In this document: in pieces, positions 27,974-32,000 of the stretch | How the letters are laid out: the number at the start of each line of letters is the position of its first letter | Position numbering within the stretch: the first letter of the stretch is position 1 | Source: Ktedonobacterales bacterium | GTDB taxonomy: Bacteria; Chloroflexota; Ktedonobacteria; Ktedonobacterales; JADMIN01 | DNA: 32,000 nucleotides | Assembly (NCBI GenBank): GCA_030167145.1 | Contig: CP126532.1 | Coordinates: 2,520,001-2,552,000 of the forward strand | Reading direction: 5' to 3' | The notes under the pieces: model-generated | What the model was told of the DNA's origin: nothing | What the model saw: only the letters and a program-made list of their open reading frames with translations | Database searches by the model: none | Position numbers and translations under genes: made by a program

Positions 27974-28678
27974 ATGCGCCAGTTTCTCTTCAACCGTTCC
28001 GCTGGACGCGCCATTCTGATCGCATCCGCACTCATCGTCGTCCTCGCGCTGGCGGGCGCGGCCTACATCTGGGTCACAGGCGCACCCGCCAGCGGCAGCA
28101 GCGGCAAACTGAGTGTGGCGACGCTGCCGCCCAATCCCAATGCCATCACCTTCACGATAGATCCTTCTGGCACAGAGGCGAAGTTCACCATGACCGAAGT
28201 GCATTTCGGCCAGAACGCCACCGTTGTCGGCACGACCAATCAGGTGTCGGGGCAAATTCAGATTGACTCGCAACATCCTGATCAGAGCCGCGTCGGCGTC
28301 ATCAAGATTGACCTTAGCACACTGGCGACCGATGATGAGTTCCGCAACCGCACCATGCGCAGTCGCATTCTGGAGACGAGCGATCCCGCGAACCAGTATG
28401 CGACCTTTGCGCCCAAGACCATCACCGGCCTGCCCACCTCAGCCGCCATCGGCCAGCAACTGAACTTCCAGATCACCGGCGATCTCACCATCCATCAGGT
28501 GACGCGCTCGGTCACGTTCGATGTGACGGCGACGGCCGTGAGCGACAGTACACTGACCGGCACGGCCAACGCGACGATTAAGTACGCCGACTACAATATC
28601 GCCATTCCCGACGTGCCCAACGTCAGCAATGTCTCGGACACAGTGCAGCTTGAGCTTGACTTCACCGCGAAGAAATGA
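27974..28678 (+). CDS. YceI-like domain protein, membrane-anchored
   Basis: An N-terminal TM anchor (ILIASALIVVLALAGAAYIWV) is followed by a YceI-like pattern (..ITFTIDPSGTEAKFT.., FQITGDLTIHQVTRSVTFDVTA). Confidence 0.85.
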   Translation: MRQFLFNRSAGRAILIASALIVVLALAGAAYIWVTGAPASGSSGKLSVATLPPNPNAITFTIDPSGTEAKFTMTEVHFGQNATVVGTTNQVSGQIQIDSQHPDQSRVGVIKIDLSTLATDDEFRNRTMRSRILETSDPANQYATFAPKTITGLPTSAAIGQQLNFQITGDLTIHQVTRSVTFDVTATAVSDSTLTGTANATIKYADYNIAIPDVPNVSNVSDTVQLELDFTAKK

Positions 28679-28729
28679 GACCGCGAAGAAATGCGTCTAG
28701 CATGGCTTCGCCAGCGATAGCCGCCGGAA

Positions 28730-29275
28730 TCACTCTTCATCAGCCTTCGCCCGTGTCACCCAATCTTCGTCAGCCCGGATGCCGTGTTGTCCGAGCACGA
28801 GGCTCAGTTCGGCGGCATGCCCCTGGACATGGCGCATGTTATACAGTTGTAGCTCGGCGTAGCTGACGACCTCGCCTTCCTCCATCCAGCCGAAGTTGAC
28901 GGGTTGGCGCGCCCGTTCGTCCGTCATCGTCTCGATGGTGTCGCGGCATTTCTGGCGCGCATACGCGAGATAGGCACGCACGTCCTCTTTGGAATAGGTG
29001 TGGTCGGGTATAGGTCCGGCGGCGTTGTCCTGCTCCACCAGGGTATAGGGCGCGGGGGGTGTGAATCCCTCCTCAGCCCCGAAGAGATAGAGGTCGAGCC
29101 AGAACAGCGTGTGATAGGCGACATACCAGAACTCCACGCGCCGCGACGGAACGGACGGGTCATCCCAGACGGACTGACGCCAGAGGGCATCGGGGCAGGC
29201 CACCAGGGCATTGTCGAGCATATCAATGGCCGCGCCGAACTGCTTCCACAAGATGGTGCGCCACAAGCTGTCCAT
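28730..29275 (-). CDS. DinB-family protein
   Basis: The start is the ATG at 29275 (MDSLWRTILWKQFGAAIDMLDNAL..) with GGAGGA 7 nt upstream. The layout is a four-helix DinB-like fold with conserved His positions (..YHTLFW.., ..MRHVQGHAAEL..). Confidence 0.8.
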   Translation of the reverse strand: MDSLWRTILWKQFGAAIDMLDNALVACPDALWRQSVWDDPSVPSRRVEFWYVAYHTLFWLDLYLFGAEEGFTPPAPYTLVEQDNAAGPIPDHTYSKEDVRAYLAYARQKCRDTIETMTDERARQPVNFGWMEEGEVVSYAELQLYNMRHVQGHAAELSLVLGQHGIRADEDWVTRAKADEE

Positions 29276-29402
29276 AAGTGTTCCTCCATATATGGGACCA
29301 CCTGGAACCGCCGCCAGCAGCGGGACGATTCCAGAGATCCGCGTTGACACATGCTGGAAAAAGGATTGCTCTTGGAGCCAGACTTCGGCGATCTCAAGCG
29401 TC

Positions 29403-30104
29403 TCAGCTCTGACGAAGTTGAGCGTTCAGGAAAGCGATGGTTCGCTCCCACGCGAGAGCAGTAGCGGCGGCATTGTAGACATCCGGGCGATTTGCCTCGA
29501 CGAACCAGTGTTCGGTCCCTGGATAGGTATAGAATGTGGCCGGCCTGCCCGCTTCCCGCAGTGCCTGCTCCATCTCCGCCACCGACTCCGCTGGCTCAAA
29601 GGCGTCATGCTCCGCAAAATGGCAGAGGTAGGCCGCCTGTGCGCTGCGGTAGTCCGGACCAGTGTAGACGGCGTAAAAGGTCACGACGGCGGCAACCTCC
29701 TTAGGCAGATTAGCCGACATGTCGAGCGCGTAGGCGCCTCCTAACGAGAAGCCGACGAGGGCGAACGTACCGCTACCGTCCGCCGCGCTGGTTGCGTCGT
29801 TTTGGCGCAAAAACCGCAGTGCGCCCATGATGTCGCCCCGCGCCCGCGCCTCCTCTCGATCCAGCGCGCTGCCCAACGCCTCCGCCTCCTCGATCTTCGC
29901 CGTCGTCTGGCCACGGTAGAGGTCTGGGGCGAGCGCCACGAAGCCCGCCTCTGCTAGCCGGTCGCAGGCCTGCCGAAATGGCTCTGTCAGCCCCCACCAC
30001 GCATGCAGCACGACGACTCCTGGTCCCACTCCCGCATCCGGGGTCGCGAGATAACCAGGCGCGGGCGATCCGTTGGCGTCGAACTCAATCATACGTCCGG
30101 TCAT
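29403..30104 (-). CDS. Dienelactone hydrolase family alpha/beta hydrolase
   Basis: GGAGGA lies upstream. The sequence reads GYLATPDAGVGPGVVVLHAWWGL.. and has the nucleophile elbow GFSLGG. The ..YPGTEHWF.. histidine region is present. Confidence 0.88.
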   Translation of the reverse strand: MTGRMIEFDANGSPAPGYLATPDAGVGPGVVVLHAWWGLTEPFRQACDRLAEAGFVALAPDLYRGQTTAKIEEAEALGSALDREEARARGDIMGALRFLRQNDATSAADGSGTFALVGFSLGGAYALDMSANLPKEVAAVVTFYAVYTGPDYRSAQAAYLCHFAEHDAFEPAESVAEMEQALREAGRPATFYTYPGTEHWFVEANRPDVYNAAATALAWERTIAFLNAQLRQS

Positions 30105-30256
30105 GCTGTCCTCCTATCCTCCGATTACATCTAGGGCTGTGCATCTGCGTTCCCAGGCGCCAGCCCCGTTCCTACCTTCTCAAGCGCAAAGGAAAAAGCG
30201 GAAGAATCTGCCTCTTTTGCGCTTCCAATTGCGTTCTTATCGCTCCTGCGGGGAAT

Positions 30257-30787
30257 TCAAGACAGTGAAATCAGGGCATCCGTTCCGTCATCCTGACGGC
30301 GATAGAGCCAGACCGCCCCTGGCGCGGCTTCGCCACGCAGATACGCCACGATTGGCTCGCGCATCACCCGCGCACCGAGTTGATCGAGCAACGCAATAGC
30401 CTCAGCGCGCGGAAAAAAACGCGCGGCGGAGACGACGTGGTCGGGATCATCGCTGGCAATTTCGCCAATCCACCCAGCAACATCGAAAACGAAGGCGGTG
30501 GCGACATACGCTTCGGCCCGTGCGCCAGCTTCGCCACGTAGCACGCCGCGCGTCATGTGGGTCACGTGCGTTTGTGCGACATAGAGCAACGCGCCGACAC
30601 GCCGCAGCGCCAATCCGGTCTCTTCGCGCAGCTCGCGCGCCAGCGCCTCGTGCAATAGCTCGCCGTCTTCGACGACACCGCCCGGCAACGCCCACGTTGG
30701 CCGTGGGTCGTCCGCCCCCTGCTGCCGCACAAGTAGTATTGCATCACCCTGCCGCACCACAGCGGCTACGATCTGGTGTTGGCGCAT
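30257..30787 (-). CDS. Nudix hydrolase
   Basis: The start is the ATG at 30787 (MRQHQIVAAVV..) with GGAGGC 8 nt upstream. The Nudix box is GGVVEDGELLHEALARELREETGL. Confidence 0.85.
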   Translation of the reverse strand: MRQHQIVAAVVRQGDAILLVRQQGADDPRPTWALPGGVVEDGELLHEALARELREETGLALRRVGALLYVAQTHVTHMTRGVLRGEAGARAEAYVATAFVFDVAGWIGEIASDDPDHVVSAARFFPRAEAIALLDQLGARVMREPIVAYLRGEAAPGAVWLYRRQDDGTDALISLS

Positions 30788-31074
30788 CACCCCTGCCTCC
30801 GCCGCATAGTATTCCACAATTAAGAACGTCTTCGTCCCACGCCACATCCAGGCGCGCAGAACGAAGACGGCCAGGCGGACGAGCGCACCGCAAGACAGCT
30901 ATCGCATGCGACTGGGATTTCGCAAGGCTGGGTGAACGCTTTGTTCGGCGATCTTCGCGCTCCATCCGTTCCTACCTGACATGACGCTTCCAGGCGCACG
31001 CGATTTACGCGCAAATTGGGGAACTTTCGCCATACCATGCGCGTCTCAAACTGGCAGAGAGGAGGCGCACAGCT

Positions 31075-31608
31075 ATGCAGCCCCACCGGATCAAGGGCCA
31101 GCGCGTTATCAGCGGCCTTCCACTATGTATGACGCTGCTGGCGCTCACATTGACGCTCGTCGGCTGCGGGGTGACCAGCGCAGGCAGCGGCGGTGCGGGC
31201 GGCTCCGCAACGGCGACATCGAATGCCGCGCTCACACCGGGCAGCGCGGCGCTCAATGGCTGCCCCAATACGAGCGCGAGCGGCGCGGGCCTTACCCCGC
31301 CTGACCTGACGCTCCGGCATGGCGGCATCGAGCCGCAACACGTGACACTCAAGACCGGCCAGACATTCGAGATCCGTCTGGAAGCCGTCATCCGCTGGGG
31401 GCTGAGCGCCCGGGATGCCAGCGCCATCCTAACACCGCAGGGGCCACAGGGCTGGTACGACGCCAGCCAGCGCGAATGCGTCTGGCGTTTCGTGGCGGCG
31501 AAGGCGGGCACGGCGGCGCTCAACTTCGCCGGTGGACCCGTGTGCGCGCCAAGGACCGCCTGCCCACAGTACGCGCGCATCGAGCAGTATGCGATCACCG
31601 TCGCCTGA
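31075..31608 (+). CDS. Putative lipoprotein
   Basis: GAGGAGG lies 9 nt upstream. The lipobox is LTLVG-C (..LCMTLLALTLTLVGCGV..). The mature part is a small beta-rich-looking domain. No firm family assignment was possible. Confidence 0.7.
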   Translation: MQPHRIKGQRVISGLPLCMTLLALTLTLVGCGVTSAGSGGAGGSATATSNAALTPGSAALNGCPNTSASGAGLTPPDLTLRHGGIEPQHVTLKTGQTFEIRLEAVIRWGLSARDASAILTPQGPQGWYDASQRECVWRFVAAKAGTAALNFAGGPVCAPRTACPQYARIEQYAITVA

Positions 31609-31629
31609 GCATCTTGCTCACGATCACAC

Positions 31630-32000
31630 TCACGGCTTTTCGTCGAGCCACAACACCATCAGGTCCTCGTCAAGATAGCGGCCATCGTCCAGCTTGAGTG
31701 AATGCCGCGCGTGGCCATAGACCTCGAATCCCAGATTGCGATAGAGCGCTCGCGCGGCGGTATTCGCCGTCACCACCATCAGGTTGACTTGCTCCACACC
31801 GCCGAGTACACGCGCGCGCGCAATCACCGCTTCCATCAACGCGCGCCCGTAGCCGTGTCCACGCACTTCCGGCGCGGTATACATCTGATAGATCCCGCCA
31901 ATGTGGTGATCTTTGCGGTGCGCCTCGCGGTCGAAGCCCACGATGCCCACCAACTGCCCATCCGCGAATGCGCCCAGCGTGAAGCCGTTGCCGCTCTCCC
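31630..32000 (-). CDS. GNAT family N-acetyltransferase (N-terminus beyond the right edge)
   Basis: The acetyl-CoA motif is ..YTAPEVRGHGYGRALMEAVIARAR..ALYRNLGFEV. The reading frame stays open to position 32000. Confidence 0.85.
   Translation of the reverse strand, partial: ESGNGFTLGAFADGQLVGIVGFDREAHRKDHHIGGIYQMYTAPEVRGHGYGRALMEAVIARARVLGGVEQVNLMVVTANTAARALYRNLGFEVYGHARHSLKLDDGRYLDEDLMVLWLDEKP

Overview
This is a visibly GC-rich bacterial chromosomal window. Most genes have strong GGAGG-type Shine-Dalgarno sites. The style fits a high-GC Chloroflexota- or Actinomycetota-like genome, but I cannot place it further from sequence alone. I support about 27 protein-coding genes. They are: a partial ftsH at the left edge; a lone phage-antirepressor-like gene; sucCD; a four-gene minus-strand cluster of uncharacterised membrane and small proteins; a DUF2630-like protein; an ABC-F ATPase; two lipoproteins; a TPM/DUF2207-like membrane protein; a class I/II aminotransferase; an orphan PAS-PAS histidine kinase; two Nudix hydrolases; a stand-alone biotin carboxylase; a small acidic protein; a 1322-aa zinc-ribbon polytopic membrane protein; an O-methyltransferase; an amidohydrolase; tnpB; YceI-like, DinB-like and dienelactone-hydrolase-like proteins; and a partial GNAT at the right edge. 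I found no rRNA, tRNA or CRISPR array. Three signals are not explained by the gene list. (1) Two perfect 16-bp parS sites (TGTTTCACGTGAAACA) lie 7939 bp apart in intergenic DNA, which suggests an origin-proximal location. (2) A TnpB-only IS200/IS605-type element has an intact RuvC/zinc-finger signature and a hairpin-rich 3' end that could be its omega-RNA. TnpB is a known family; this RNA and its guide are unverified. (3) An exact 70-bp-period tandem repeat upstream of the antirepressor-like gene has hairpin arms that vary in a fully compensatory way and 8-bp inverted repeats that overlap the gene's ribosome-binding site. I do not recognise this third element, and it is my best candidate for something undescribed. 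Many long ORFs in the track are antisense mirror ORFs typical of GC-rich DNA and were rejected.
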